Assembly (NCBI GenBank): GCA_015056145.1
Contig: SVGY01000014.1
Location: 263-64,262, forward strand
DNA length: 64,000 bases
Source: Clostridiales bacterium
GTDB lineage: Bacteria > Bacillota > Clostridia > Christensenellales > Aristaeellaceae
Direction of reading: 5' to 3'
In this document: in pieces, positions 1-9,008 of the stretch
Position numbering within the stretch: position 1 is the first letter of the stretch
Layout of the letters: every line of letters begins with the position of its first letter
Program-made: the position numbers and the translations under genes
The notes under the pieces: model-generated
The model's input: only the letters and a program-made list of their open reading frames with translations
The model's database searches: none
What the model was told of the DNA's origin: nothing

Positions 1-112
1 AGCCCGCATTGGCCCAATTACCAGACATAGGATATAATAACGGTTTTCTGAAAGAATGTCAACCGCTATTTTGTTTTATTGTACTTTGTTTGTTTTTGCA
101 TGAAAATATACA

Positions 113-141
113 TTGACAGGCGAGGTATATCACGCTATCAT
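113..141 (+). promoter_or_regulatory. sigma-A type promoter upstream of the PadR-family gene
   Basis: TTGACA at 113-118, 17-nt spacer, TATCAT at 136-141. A GGAGG Shine-Dalgarno at 148-152 precedes ATG 160. Confidence 0.55.
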
Positions 142-159
142 AAATCCGGAGGTGATACC

Positions 160-489
160 ATGGCAATATCGGCAGATATTCTGCGTGGATACACGGATAC
201 CATCATCCTGACCCAGCTTTCCCAGGGGGACAGCTACGGCTATCGCATCAGCCGGGAGGCCGCTCAAATGACGCAGGGCGGGCTGGAAATGAAGGAGGCC
301 ACTTTGTACACCGCCTTCCGCAGGCTGGAGGGCAGCGGCATGATCACATCCTACTGGGGAGACGAGCAAAGCGGCGCAAGAAGAAGATATTACACCATTA
401 CCCCGCTGGGCCTGGAAAAACTGCATCAGGACCGGCTTGTGTGGCAGGAAACCCGGCAGATGCTGGATATGCTGATTGGAGGAGAATAA
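160..489 (+). CDS. PadR family transcriptional regulator
   Basis: ORF 79..489 trimmed to ATG 160, which has the SD. Winged-helix PadR hallmarks are present: LRGYTDTIILTQL, GYRISRE, LYTAFRRLEGSGMITSYW, RRRYYTITPLG. Confidence 0.85.
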   Translation: MAISADILRGYTDTIILTQLSQGDSYGYRISREAAQMTQGGLEMKEATLYTAFRRLEGSGMITSYWGDEQSGARRRYYTITPLGLEKLHQDRLVWQETRQMLDMLIGGE

Positions 490-490
490 A

Positions 491-1672
491 ATGAACGAAA
501 CCATCGCAAAGATTGTAAATATTTTGTTCGATGATGTGGCGGAAACGGAAGAGACCCTTGCCATGCGGGAGGAGATCCTCAATAACTGCCAGGAACGCTA
601 TCAGGATCTGGTCGGCGGCGGCGTGGACCCGGACACTGCCACCTCTGCCATTGTGGAAAGCCTGCGGGGCATGGAAGATGTGCTGAGCCAGTACCCCAGA
701 AAGGGCGAAGTGAATATGCCCGCAGACGAACAGGCTTTCCGGGAAGTGGGGTTTGAGGCTGCTGCGGAGAGCGTCCCCCTGGAAAGTGAAAGCATGGAAG
801 AATACGCATTCCGTGCGGGAGAAATAAGCAGTATTTCCTGCGCACTGATCAATGACGACCTGAGCATCGGCGTTTCCGACGATGGCGGGGTACATGTTCT
901 CTGTGATGACGACCTGAACAAACTGGCCGTCCGTCTGGCAGACGGCTGCCTGAAGATTGAGCGGAAAGCCCAGGAAGAGGAAGAAAACGAGGAACACGGC
1001 TTCCATATGGAAGTGGAGGCGGCCAATCTGGGCGACTTTGTCCGGAAGATTTTTTCGGAGTTCTCCCTGAAAAAGATCATAAGCGGCGTCCGGCGTCTGA
1101 ATGAATCCATGGAAATTACTCTGCTGCTGCCCGAAGGGAGCAATATCGACCTGAACATCACCAGCACCAGCGGCGATGTGTGCGCTGAAGACGTGCAAAT
1201 GCGTTCCCTGCGCATGACGTCCACCAGCGGCGATGTGGATATGCAGGATGTTGTACTGGACAGCCTTTGCATTACCACCACCAGCGGCGATGCGGATATG
1301 AGCAATGTACAGGTGTATGGCCAGATGCAATTGCACACCACCAGCGGGGATATCGATTTTGAGGGAAGCGGTAAGGATTTGGATATCAACACAGTCAGCG
1401 GGGACGTGGATATGAACGGCTCCATGGAAACCGCCCAGATCCGAACGGTAAGCGGCGATGTGGATGTAACGGTGGAAAACCAGAGTATCCGCAGGTTTGC
1501 TGCAAAATCAACCAGCGGTGAGCTGAGCCTGACTTTGCCGGAGGATGTACAGGCAGATATGAACTGCAGAAGTGTCTCTGGCTACGTCAACCAAAGCCAC
1601 CGTAGCTATCCCGGCGCACCCGTGGTCTCTGTGCATATGCAGACGGTATCTGGCGGCATCTGCGTGTACTGA
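491..1672 (+). CDS. PadR-associated protein with DUF4097-type repeat domain (putative adhesin / beta-helix)
   Basis: ATG 491 starts 1 nt after the padR stop, with SD GGAGGAG. The N-terminal helical segment is typical of PadR partner proteins. The C-terminal part has about 9 repeats of the (T/S)SGD(V/I)D motif. The family name is from memory. Confidence 0.7.
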   Translation: MNETIAKIVNILFDDVAETEETLAMREEILNNCQERYQDLVGGGVDPDTATSAIVESLRGMEDVLSQYPRKGEVNMPADEQAFREVGFEAAAESVPLESESMEEYAFRAGEISSISCALINDDLSIGVSDDGGVHVLCDDDLNKLAVRLADGCLKIERKAQEEEENEEHGFHMEVEAANLGDFVRKIFSEFSLKKIISGVRRLNESMEITLLLPEGSNIDLNITSTSGDVCAEDVQMRSLRMTSTSGDVDMQDVVLDSLCITTTSGDADMSNVQVYGQMQLHTTSGDIDFEGSGKDLDINTVSGDVDMNGSMETAQIRTVSGDVDVTVENQSIRRFAAKSTSGELSLTLPEDVQADMNCRSVSGYVNQSHRSYPGAPVVSVHMQTVSGGICVY

Positions 1673-1695
1673 GCTTGCGCCGCCCGGTTTTCCTG

Positions 1696-1704
1696 TGCTA
1701 TAAT
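1696..1704 (+). promoter_or_regulatory. extended -10 promoter element (TGcTATAAT)
   Basis: TGCTATAAT at 1696-1704, about 30 nt upstream of ATG 1736. Confidence 0.45.
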
Positions 1705-1735
1705 AGCTTCAGTATGAAAACAGGGGTGACGTTTC

Positions 1736-2134
1736 ATGGCATTTCTCTGCAAAATTTTCGGCCATCGCTGGAATGGCTGCCGGTGCGCTCGCTGTGGTGC
1801 ACAGCGGGATACCGATCACGCCTTTGAACGGGCAGAGGGCAAATGCCTGAACGTGTGCACCCTCTGCGGCAAAGAGGAAGAAGCCGAACACCTGTGGCAC
1901 CACTGCTCCTGCACCCATTGCGGCCAAACCCGTGACGAAGACCACGACTGGTTTGCCACCTCCGAATGCGAGGAAGTATGCCACCTCTGCGGCAAGGAGC
2001 GCTCCAGCCATGCCTATGTGCCCCATGAGCGGGGTGTGGACAAGTGCCGCTACTGTGGCAAAATCCATCATCTCAGTGCTGAGGAGATCGCCCAGCGGGA
2101 TGAGGAATGGGAAGAAAATGGTATAGGGTGCTGA
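1736..2134 (+). CDS. hypothetical cysteine/histidine-rich protein (repeated CxxCG zinc-ribbon-like units)
   Basis: 132-aa ORF. It has its own promoter-like element and a strong terminator immediately downstream. Five C-x2-CG units alternate with His residues. Confidence 0.6.
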   Translation: MAFLCKIFGHRWNGCRCARCGAQRDTDHAFERAEGKCLNVCTLCGKEEEAEHLWHHCSCTHCGQTRDEDHDWFATSECEEVCHLCGKERSSHAYVPHERGVDKCRYCGKIHHLSAEEIAQRDEEWEENGIGC

Positions 2135-2156
2135 AAAAAGAAATATGAATTGAGAA

Positions 2157-2203
2157 CCCCCGCAATCTCTGCGGCTTTTTAAGCAGAGATTGCGGGGGCT
2201 TTT
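2157..2203. terminator. bidirectional Rho-independent terminator
   Basis: Perfect 16-bp stem: CCCCCGCAATCTCTGC (2157-2172) pairs with GCAGAGATTGCGGGGG (2183-2198). A T-run follows. It lies between convergent genes. Confidence 0.85.
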
Positions 2204-2210
2204 GCTGGGG

Positions 2211-3842
2211 TTACGGAGTCAGAAGCCAGCCCTTTACATACAGTTGGCTGGGTTCGCCACCATAGGAGACCAGCCTCAGCTGGGAGATGCGGAATATCTT
2301 GCCATCCTCCAGCGGAATATCGGAACGGAGAAGGGTTTCGGTATCCCAGTCAACGCTTGCCAGTGCATCTTCCAGCACGAAGAAGGATTTGGCGCTGGTA
2401 TCGGAAAGGGACATCGTTTTATAGCGATAGGTAAAATTGAACCATTGGGCATGGCTGAAACCGGCAACCTCCACCGAGTAGTGATCGCAGGGACCGGTAA
2501 TTACGGTTTCTGCTTTTCTGTTTTCGGAAATGGAGTTGTAGCTGAATCCAAACACCAGCTCATAACCGTCGACGATGCCGCTGGAGGGAAACTGTGCCAG
2601 GAATTTTTCGGTAAAGGAGCCCTTGGGCGGATCATCCACATGATACCCCAGATATTCGGCGGAGGAAAGAATGACTCGTTTATGCTGATCGTCCGCATCG
2701 GGATTGGGAACGATTCTGCCGCCTATTTCCAGCATGCCGCACTCCGTCAGGGCGGTTTTCAGCCGGGCTTCCTGACTCCAGCGGGAGACATTGGCCGCAT
2801 TCAGAGGCGTGAGGGTCAAAAGCAGGGTGAGGGCGGCTGCAACAGCAAAAAACCAGCGGGTGGTCTTACCAAAGAAGGAAAGCACCACAACGGCAATCAG
2901 CAGAAGGGTGATTGCCAGTCCGATATACCGTGCAGGGGTAAGTCCATAGGCATCGATGCGGATCCATACACCTACCTGCTGTGCGATGATCACCGGTGGC
3001 AAAAGCAAAGCTCCCCAGCGGCAGAACCAGCGGCTGAGGGGGGATTCCTCTCCGGTAAGGGTCAGGCGCAAAAGGGTGAAAAAGCTGAGAGCAGCCAAAG
3101 CAAACCAATTCATCTGTCCTACGGGCATTTCCCATTTGATGATGATGGTGGCGATGTAGATCAGCAGAATGCCCGTGAGCAAAAGGAAGGCGGGCAGGAG
3201 CAAATTGGCGGTGAATTTGCGGAAGGCGCTGCGTTTTTCCGGGGGAGTGGATTCATCAGGCATGCGGCCCAAAAAGAGGAGGGGCGCAACAAGAAACATG
3301 GAAAAATAAAAGGCGGAGGAGTTGAGCTTGCTTTGAAGCCGTGCGGCGTTACGGAAAAACAGCAGCGAAAAGGCAGAGGAGCAGAATACCAGCAGTATGA
3401 AAAGGCAGAGTGCCAGACCGCCGCTGCTGAAGAAGGCACCGGCAATCTGCCCGAAACGTTCTTCCCGGTGTGTTTTTCCCACGGCCAGATGGACGCACAG
3501 GAAGGCTGCTGCAAGGCACATTCCGGTGTACGCCGAATGCAAATCCCGCAGCAGATAACCAAGCAGACATCCCGCGGCGGCTGTCGCCCAGGGAAGCCAG
3601 CCGTGCCGGGAGCATTTTTTCGTGATCAGGCTGCCCAGCACAGCAAAGAGGATTCCCGGAAAAAAGGCGGCGAGGACATTTGAAAATATAGCGTCAAGAG
3701 TGACGCTGCTTGTGGCGGCGGTCATGCCGAGAAACAGCGTAAAGCAAAGAATGCACGCCGAGGGAAACGTGCAGAAAAGGTTTTTCAGGAAAGCGGGGAT
3801 TGAGGTGTGCGTTTTCACAGAACGCTCATTCACAAGGATCAT
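2211..3842 (-). CDS. polytopic membrane protein with soluble C-terminal domain (DUF4153-like, unverified)
   Basis: 543-aa ORF. About 10 or more hydrophobic helices are followed by a ~190-aa non-hydrophobic C-terminus. The overlapping + strand ORF 2190..3683 is low-complexity. Confidence 0.6.
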   Translation of the reverse strand: MILVNERSVKTHTSIPAFLKNLFCTFPSACILCFTLFLGMTAATSSVTLDAIFSNVLAAFFPGILFAVLGSLITKKCSRHGWLPWATAAAGCLLGYLLRDLHSAYTGMCLAAAFLCVHLAVGKTHREERFGQIAGAFFSSGGLALCLFILLVFCSSAFSLLFFRNAARLQSKLNSSAFYFSMFLVAPLLFLGRMPDESTPPEKRSAFRKFTANLLLPAFLLLTGILLIYIATIIIKWEMPVGQMNWFALAALSFFTLLRLTLTGEESPLSRWFCRWGALLLPPVIIAQQVGVWIRIDAYGLTPARYIGLAITLLLIAVVVLSFFGKTTRWFFAVAAALTLLLTLTPLNAANVSRWSQEARLKTALTECGMLEIGGRIVPNPDADDQHKRVILSSAEYLGYHVDDPPKGSFTEKFLAQFPSSGIVDGYELVFGFSYNSISENRKAETVITGPCDHYSVEVAGFSHAQWFNFTYRYKTMSLSDTSAKSFFVLEDALASVDWDTETLLRSDIPLEDGKIFRISQLRLVSYGGEPSQLYVKGWLLTP

Positions 3843-3870
3843 CTCCGTTTCTTTTGTATGGAATGATAAG

Positions 3871-3879
3871 ATTATATCA
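3871..3879 (-). promoter_or_regulatory. extended -10 element (TGaTATAAT on minus strand)
   Basis: The reverse complement of ATTATATCA at 3871-3879 is TGATATAAT, about 30 nt upstream of the start at 3842. Confidence 0.45.
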
Positions 3880-3984
3880 TAGAAACAGCATCACAAAAGT
3901 AACGATTTTCCGTATGCTTGGTTTCACATAACAAAGATGTTATCGCCGAAAAAAGATGTTTTTCTTTTGGTTCTTTTCTTTTCT

Positions 3985-4024
3985 CAGAAAAGAAAAGAAC
4001 GCCCCCGGCAGGGCTGCCGGAGGC
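3985..4024 (-). terminator. Rho-independent terminator of the sugar ABC operon
   Basis: GC-rich hairpin CCCCCGGCAG/CTGCCGGAGG at 4002-4023, followed on the minus strand by a T-rich run (plus-strand A-rich 3989-4000). Confidence 0.6.
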
Positions 4025-4031
4025 ATCCTTG

Positions 4032-4889
4032 TTATCCCTTCACCGCACCGGCCATTACCCCGGAAACGATGTACCGCTGGCAGAACAGGTACATGAGTAC
4101 AATGGGCAGAATGGCCAGCGTCAGTATCGCCATCATGGCACCCATATCCACGGAACCATAACCGCCCTTCAGGTATTGCACTGCGATGGGGATGGTTTTG
4201 AAACGCTTCATATCCAGCACCAGATAGGGCAGCAGGTAGTCGTTCCAGATCCACATGGCTTGCAATATGCCTGTGGAAACGTATACCGGCTGTAGAATGG
4301 GCAGTACCACATGGAAGAAGATGGACGGAGGTGCACAGCCATCGATCATGGCGGCTTCCTCCACGGCAAGGGGCACCGAGCGCATGGAACCGGTAAAGAG
4401 GAATACCGCAAGCCCTGCGCCAAAGCCCAGATACACGATGGGAATGGTCCATGGTGTGTTCAGGGAAAGCAGATTTGCCACCTTGCTCAGGGTGAACATC
4501 ACCATCTGGAAGGGCACCACCATGGAAAAGATGAAAGCAAGGTAGATCAGCCGTGTTGCCGGATTGCTTACCCGGCTGATGTACCATGCGCACATGGAGG
4601 TGCACAGGAGGATCAGCCCCACGGAAAGCAGGGTGATGACCAGGCTCCAGCCGAAGGAGGAAAGGAAGTCCGTCCTTTCGATGCCCTGGCGGTAGTTGCT
4701 CAGGCCCGCAAACATCTGGCTGTCCCGGGGCAGCATGAAGGGAGCCCGGCTGATGAAGGCCTTGCGCTTGAAGCTGTTCATCACCATCACAAAAAGGGGA
4801 AAAAGGTAGACAGCTGAAATCACGGAGAAGACCAGCGTCAGCAGATGATCGGAAAACCGCCGCTTTCTGGCGGTTTTTTGCTTTGCCAT
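4032..4889 (-). CDS. carbohydrate ABC transporter permease (MalG/UgpE-like)
   Basis: 285 aa, about 6 TM helices. The EAA-type loop is present (EEAAMIDGCAPPSIFFHVVLP). Confidence 0.88.
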   Translation of the reverse strand: MAKQKTARKRRFSDHLLTLVFSVISAVYLFPLFVMVMNSFKRKAFISRAPFMLPRDSQMFAGLSNYRQGIERTDFLSSFGWSLVITLLSVGLILLCTSMCAWYISRVSNPATRLIYLAFIFSMVVPFQMVMFTLSKVANLLSLNTPWTIPIVYLGFGAGLAVFLFTGSMRSVPLAVEEAAMIDGCAPPSIFFHVVLPILQPVYVSTGILQAMWIWNDYLLPYLVLDMKRFKTIPIAVQYLKGGYGSVDMGAMMAILTLAILPIVLMYLFCQRYIVSGVMAGAVKG

Positions 4890-4890
4890 G

Positions 4891-5739
4891 TTATTGCTGC
4901 ACCTCCTTTGTGCGGGTCAACCGCAGCTGCAACAGGGCGATGCCTGTAACGATCAGAGCAAAAACCACCGCCTTGGCCTGCCCTGCACCTTCCCAGCCGC
5001 TGCGGCCGTAAAAGGTGTTGAAGATGTTCAGCGCCAGCAGCTCCGATCGGGAGGAGGGAGCACCGTTGGTCAGGGCCAGGTTCTGGTCGAAAAGCTTGAA
5101 TCCGCCGGTGAGGGTCAGAAAGGTGCAGATGGTAATGGAGGGCATCAGCATGGGCAGCTTTACCCGGAGAAAGGTCTGCCAGCCGGAGGCACCGTCGATG
5201 GAGGCGGCTTCTGTCAGCTCCTCGGGTATGGCATTGAGACCGGAAATGTAGATGATCATCATGTAGCCTGCCTGCTGCCACAGCATCAGGATCAGCAGCC
5301 CGGCAAACCCGTACCATTCATTGGTCACAAGGGTTTTGCCGTAGCGCATCAGGGCTCCGTTGAGGATCACCTGCCACAGCCAGCCCAGCACGATGCCGCC
5401 GATGAGGTTGGGCATGAAAAACACGGTGCGGAACAGATTGGAGCCCCGGATGCCCCGCACCAGGCACACCGCTAGGGTCAGACCCACCAGATTGATAATA
5501 ACGGTGGACACCAGGGCAAACAGAGCAGTGTAGCCCATGGAGTGCAGAAAATTGCTGCCGGGGTCTGAAAAGGCACGGATGTAGTTTTCAAAGCCTGTAA
5601 AGGTGGCATCCGATACTGTGGTAAAGCGGCAAAAGGACAGATACAGGCCCATGCCGAAGGGTAAAAGAAAGCCTACGATAAAGGCCAGCACAGTCGGCAG
5701 CACAAACAGCGGCCAATATCGTTTAATGGCGTGCTCCAC
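4891..5739 (-). CDS. carbohydrate ABC transporter permease (MalF/UgpA-like)
   Basis: 282 aa. EAA loop present (EAASIDGASGWQTFLRVKLP). It abuts the downstream permease with a 1-nt gap. Confidence 0.88.
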   Translation of the reverse strand: MEHAIKRYWPLFVLPTVLAFIVGFLLPFGMGLYLSFCRFTTVSDATFTGFENYIRAFSDPGSNFLHSMGYTALFALVSTVIINLVGLTLAVCLVRGIRGSNLFRTVFFMPNLIGGIVLGWLWQVILNGALMRYGKTLVTNEWYGFAGLLILMLWQQAGYMMIIYISGLNAIPEELTEAASIDGASGWQTFLRVKLPMLMPSITICTFLTLTGGFKLFDQNLALTNGAPSSRSELLALNIFNTFYGRSGWEGAGQAKAVVFALIVTGIALLQLRLTRTKEVQQ

Positions 5740-5774
5740 TTTTTCATCTCCCTGTCCGACTTATGCGGTATGAT

Positions 5775-7121
5775 TTACGGGTTTGCGGCTCCGTATTCCC
5801 TGGCCCAGCCATCCACAAAGACAGTGCGGACGTTTTCCCAGCTGCCGGTACCCTGAGCATATTCCAGCAGGGCTGCGCCCACGCCATCCTTCCAGGTATC
5901 GGAGGGCATGGTGGGAAAATTCCAGCTGACGGATTCCTTCCCTTCGGCAATATACCTGGCGGCATCGTCCAGAAGGGCGTTGGAGGCGGTGTAGCCAGCG
6001 TCGAAGGTTTTGAAAGGGGTCACGAATCCCATTTGGTTAGCCAGCATATCCCGGCCTGTATCGCTGGTGATGACCCATTCAAGAAAGGCTTTTGTGGCCT
6101 CGATGTTTTCGGCGGAGGCACGTTTGTTGATGCACCAGTAGTTTTCCGAACCGGTGCACAGGCCCTGGTTTTCCTCGCCCTCTGCGCCGATGTAGATGGG
6201 CAGCATGCCCAGCTGCTCATCCCGCATTCCGCCGCTGATGAGCTCGTCATAGGCCCAGGTGCCGTTCTGGTAAAACACGGCCTCGCCAAGGATGAACTCG
6301 CTGGAAGCATCGTCGCCGGTTTTTGCGCCAATGAGGGAGGGCGGACAGGTGGCGTTGTTGATGTACAGATCCCAGATGGCCTTGTAGCGGTCCAGATAGG
6401 TGCCTTTGATGGCCTCGGTCATGCCGATGCCGTCCTGTTTGTATTCGTAGTAAACGGGCAGGTTTGCCAGATGAGTCTTGAAGCGCCAGTCGGAGCTGGA
6501 ATCCATGCCGGCTGAAGTGAAGGCGCCCAGCACCCCCAGTTCTTCCCGGCGTGCCTGGATATCCTCCGCAATCCGTTTGAGGCTGTCAAAGTCCGTAATA
6601 TCAGCGGCAGTGTAGCCCGCTTTGTGCAAAAGCTCCTTGTTATAAATGAGGCCGTAGGTCTCGATAACGTATGCCACCGCCAATACCTGACCATCCTCCT
6701 TCAGGGCGAAGTCGTCGCTTTTCAGGTTGGCATAGATGGCGGTGTCCGTCAGATCCAGGCAGAAACCTTTCCACGTTTTCAACCCCACAGGCCCGTTGAC
6801 CTGAAACAGCGTGGGAGCATCCGGCTTTTCTATTTCAGAACGCAGGGTATCCTCGTAGGTGCCGGAGGCGGCGGTGCGCACAGTAACGGGCACACCGGTT
6901 TCGGCGGTGTAGATACGGGCCAGCTCCTCCCACTGCCGGGCCTGTTCGGGCTTGAAGTTGAGGTAGTAAACCGTTCCAGCGCCTTGCGGCTTGCTGCCGG
7001 GAGTGGAGTTTTCGTTAGTGGTGGCGGGCGGCGTGGGCGCTTTTTCCTCTCTTGCAGCAAAGATGGCAATAACGCCCAGAATCAGCGCCAGCGCAGCCGC
7101 AACGGCCAGTATTTTCTTCAT
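5775..7121 (-). CDS. extracellular solute-binding protein of a sugar ABC transporter
   Basis: 448 aa. N-terminal hydrophobic signal/anchor, followed by a family-1 SBP-like sequence. It is the first gene of the three-gene operon. No ATPase gene is present in the operon. Confidence 0.85.
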   Translation of the reverse strand: MKKILAVAAALALILGVIAIFAAREEKAPTPPATTNENSTPGSKPQGAGTVYYLNFKPEQARQWEELARIYTAETGVPVTVRTAASGTYEDTLRSEIEKPDAPTLFQVNGPVGLKTWKGFCLDLTDTAIYANLKSDDFALKEDGQVLAVAYVIETYGLIYNKELLHKAGYTAADITDFDSLKRIAEDIQARREELGVLGAFTSAGMDSSSDWRFKTHLANLPVYYEYKQDGIGMTEAIKGTYLDRYKAIWDLYINNATCPPSLIGAKTGDDASSEFILGEAVFYQNGTWAYDELISGGMRDEQLGMLPIYIGAEGEENQGLCTGSENYWCINKRASAENIEATKAFLEWVITSDTGRDMLANQMGFVTPFKTFDAGYTASNALLDDAARYIAEGKESVSWNFPTMPSDTWKDGVGAALLEYAQGTGSWENVRTVFVDGWAREYGAANP

Positions 7122-7327
7122 GTTGCTCTCTCCTTGTTTCGCCTGGGCATTTTAGTAATGCCGCTTGATTCGTTACGTTTTCAGTTTGGCAGAGTTTCGG
7201 GAAAATACACCTGCGGTTTTCAGGATTTTTTTGGCGAAGGGGAGCATGACCGGGCTGTGCACGGCGAGGAGTGCCTTTGCTCTTTTGAAGTTTTCTTTGG
7301 TTGCGGATTTGACGGAGGTGCTCCCCC

Positions 7328-7370
7328 ACAAAAAATAAAAAAACCTGCTGCATTGCTATGCAGCAGGTTA
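7328..7370 (-). terminator. distal copy of the duplicated mreB terminator hairpin, the copy that retains the T-tract
   Basis: Hairpin AACCTGCTGC-ATTGCTAT-GCAGCAGGTT at 7342-7369. On the minus strand it is followed by a T-run (plus-strand A-run 7330-7341). The 30-bp block 7341-7370 is identical to 7535-7564. Confidence 0.8.
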
Positions 7371-7534
7371 CTGGCTGTCAAAAAATGCGCAGGGTGCAGG
7401 GGGATCATCCCCCTGCCGGGTGTGGGCAGAGCCCACATTCCTTGTGCCGCAGCGCTTTCAAGAAAGCACAGCGAGCACCGAAGGTGCAAGATTTGCGGCT
7501 TTGACTGACAAGAATGAGGTTTTTCCACAAGCTG
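7371..7534 (-). mobile_element. 164-bp non-coding MITE-like repeat element, copy 1
   Basis: Its reverse complement matches 35379-35542 at 162/164 positions (aligned by eye). The ends form imperfect inverted repeats (10-11 of 15). It is flanked by a 30-bp direct duplication of the local terminator hairpin. Confidence 0.8.
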
Positions 7535-7564
7535 AAACCTGCTGCATTGCTATGCAGCAGGTTA
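7535..7564 (-). repeat. proximal copy of the duplicated mreB terminator hairpin, lacking a T-tract
   Basis: AAACCTGCTGCATTGCTATGCAGCAGGTTA is identical to 7341-7370. On the minus strand it is followed directly by the element, not by a T-run. Confidence 0.85.
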
Positions 7565-7588
7565 AAAACAAACAATAATCGATGATCC

Positions 7589-8620
7589 TTACCCCCGGCC
7601 CAGGACCCTCTTGCGGCCGTCGTCCAGATAACGTCCCAGGTCGGACATGTTTTCCAGGGCTCGTCCGCAGCCGACCACCACATTGTACTGGGGATCGTCG
7701 GCTATGGTGCAGGGTACCTTCAGCGCATCGGCAATGGCTTCGCAAAGACCGAAAAGCTTTGCACCGCCGCCGGAAAGAAGGATGCCGTATTCAAAAATGT
7801 CGGCAGCCAGTTCCGCAGGGGTGTTTTCCAGAACGCCGTGAATGCCCTCGATGAGCTGCTGGAGCGGATCGTCCAGGGCCTCGGTGATGTCGTCGCTGGA
7901 AATGCGCATGGTCTTGGGCAGGCCGGTGATCAGATTGCGTCCCGTCACTTCCCGGTAGGTCTGCACGGAGCGGGGAATGGCGGAACCGATATCGATCTTC
8001 AGTGCCTCGGCGGTACGCTCGCCGATGAAAAGGTTGTGCTTGCGGCGCAGGTGGCGGATAATGGCATCGTCAAAACGGTCGCCGCCTACATTGATGCAGC
8101 TGTTTACCAGCACCTTGCCGTAGGAAAGCACGGCGATATCGGTAACGCCTGCGCTCACATCCACGATCATGGTGCCGTAGCCTTCGTCGATATCAAGCCC
8201 GGCGCCAAGCGCAGCAGCCAGGGAACGGTTCAGAAGCTGGGTGCGGCGCATGCCTGCATCAAACATGGTGGAGATCAGGGAACGGCGCTCTACCTCGTTT
8301 ACGTTGGTGGGCACGGACAGAATGGCCCGGGGACGGGCAAACATGTGCTTGCCAATGGTCTTGGACAAAAAGCCTTTGAGCATAAAGCTGACCAGCTCGA
8401 AGTCGGAAATGGCGCCTTCCCTGAGGGGATGGATGGCCAGGATGTTGCTGGGCGTGCGGCCGACCATGCGGGCAGCTTCGTCGCCGATGGCCAGGATGTT
8501 CTGGGTATCCCGGTTTACCACCACAACAGCGGCTTCGTTGAGCACAATGCCCTTTTCCTTCATATAGATCAGTACCCGGGACGAGCCCAGATCGATGCCG
8601 ATATCATTGACGCTTGCCAT
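7589..8620 (-). CDS. mreB: rod-shape determining actin homologue MreB/Mbl
   Basis: 343 aa. It carries the motifs IGIDLGSS, EPLAAALGAG-like (NRSLAAALGAG), VDVSAGVTDIAV and LLSGGGAKL. It lies directly downstream of spoIIID, like mbl in Bacillus. Confidence 0.92.
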   Translation of the reverse strand: MASVNDIGIDLGSSRVLIYMKEKGIVLNEAAVVVVNRDTQNILAIGDEAARMVGRTPSNILAIHPLREGAISDFELVSFMLKGFLSKTIGKHMFARPRAILSVPTNVNEVERRSLISTMFDAGMRRTQLLNRSLAAALGAGLDIDEGYGTMIVDVSAGVTDIAVLSYGKVLVNSCINVGGDRFDDAIIRHLRRKHNLFIGERTAEALKIDIGSAIPRSVQTYREVTGRNLITGLPKTMRISSDDITEALDDPLQQLIEGIHGVLENTPAELAADIFEYGILLSGGGAKLFGLCEAIADALKVPCTIADDPQYNVVVGCGRALENMSDLGRYLDDGRKRVLGRG

Positions 8621-8724
8621 TGAATGCCTACCTTCCTCAAAAGTACTCCTTGGCTTTGGGAAAAAAGCCCAATATTAGAAAATTCGCTGTAAAAAGCGTA
8701 AATCCTTCTTTGAACGGCAAAGGC

Positions 8725-8982
8725 CTATTCTGCAACGGACCGGCGGAACTTGCGCCGGGTGGCCTCGCCTCCTCGGATGTGCCGGACGGATTTGTTGTAC
8801 ATCAGCCGTTCCTTCACCTGCCGGTACAGCGTTGGATTCATGTGGGGCAGACGCTGATCCAGATCCTTGTGTACCGAGGATTTGCTCAGGCCGAAGTGAC
8901 TGGCTGCCATGCGCACCGTATGCCCCGTATCAGCAATGTATTGACCGATTTTGATGCAACGCTCCCTGATATCTTCCCGCAC
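8725..8982 (-). CDS. spoIIID: sporulation transcriptional regulator SpoIIID
   Basis: 85 aa, GTG start with a GGAGGG SD. The sequence is near-collinear with the SpoIIID family: IKIGQYI, SKSSVHKDL, RHIRGGEATR. Confidence 0.9.
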   Translation of the reverse strand: MREDIRERCIKIGQYIADTGHTVRMAASHFGLSKSSVHKDLDQRLPHMNPTLYRQVKERLMYNKSVRHIRGGEATRRKFRRSVAE

Positions 8983-9008
8983 GCTCTATCCCTCCACCGG
9001 TTTTGGAA

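Noticed and set aside
1100-1672. Periodic TSGD(V/I)D repeats, first considered as an unusual repeat array
   Set aside because: They are in-frame protein repeats typical of DUF4097-type beta-helix domains next to PadR regulators. They are not a nucleotide-level repeat array.
2190-3683. 497-aa plus-strand ORF overlapping the membrane-protein gene
   Set aside because: It is Gly/Gln/Lys-rich and low-complexity and begins inside the bidirectional terminator. The minus-strand frame gives a coherent polytopic membrane protein with a promoter.
7220-7745. Several 90-110-aa ORFs across the mreB downstream region, and their twins at 35167..35702
   Set aside because: The same peptide strings (for example MEKPHSCQSKPQILHLRCSLCFLESAAAQGMWALPTPGRGMIPLHPAHFLTA) appear at both loci only because they translate the repeated non-coding element and terminator hairpins. 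They have no SD, and they cross the element/flank boundaries.
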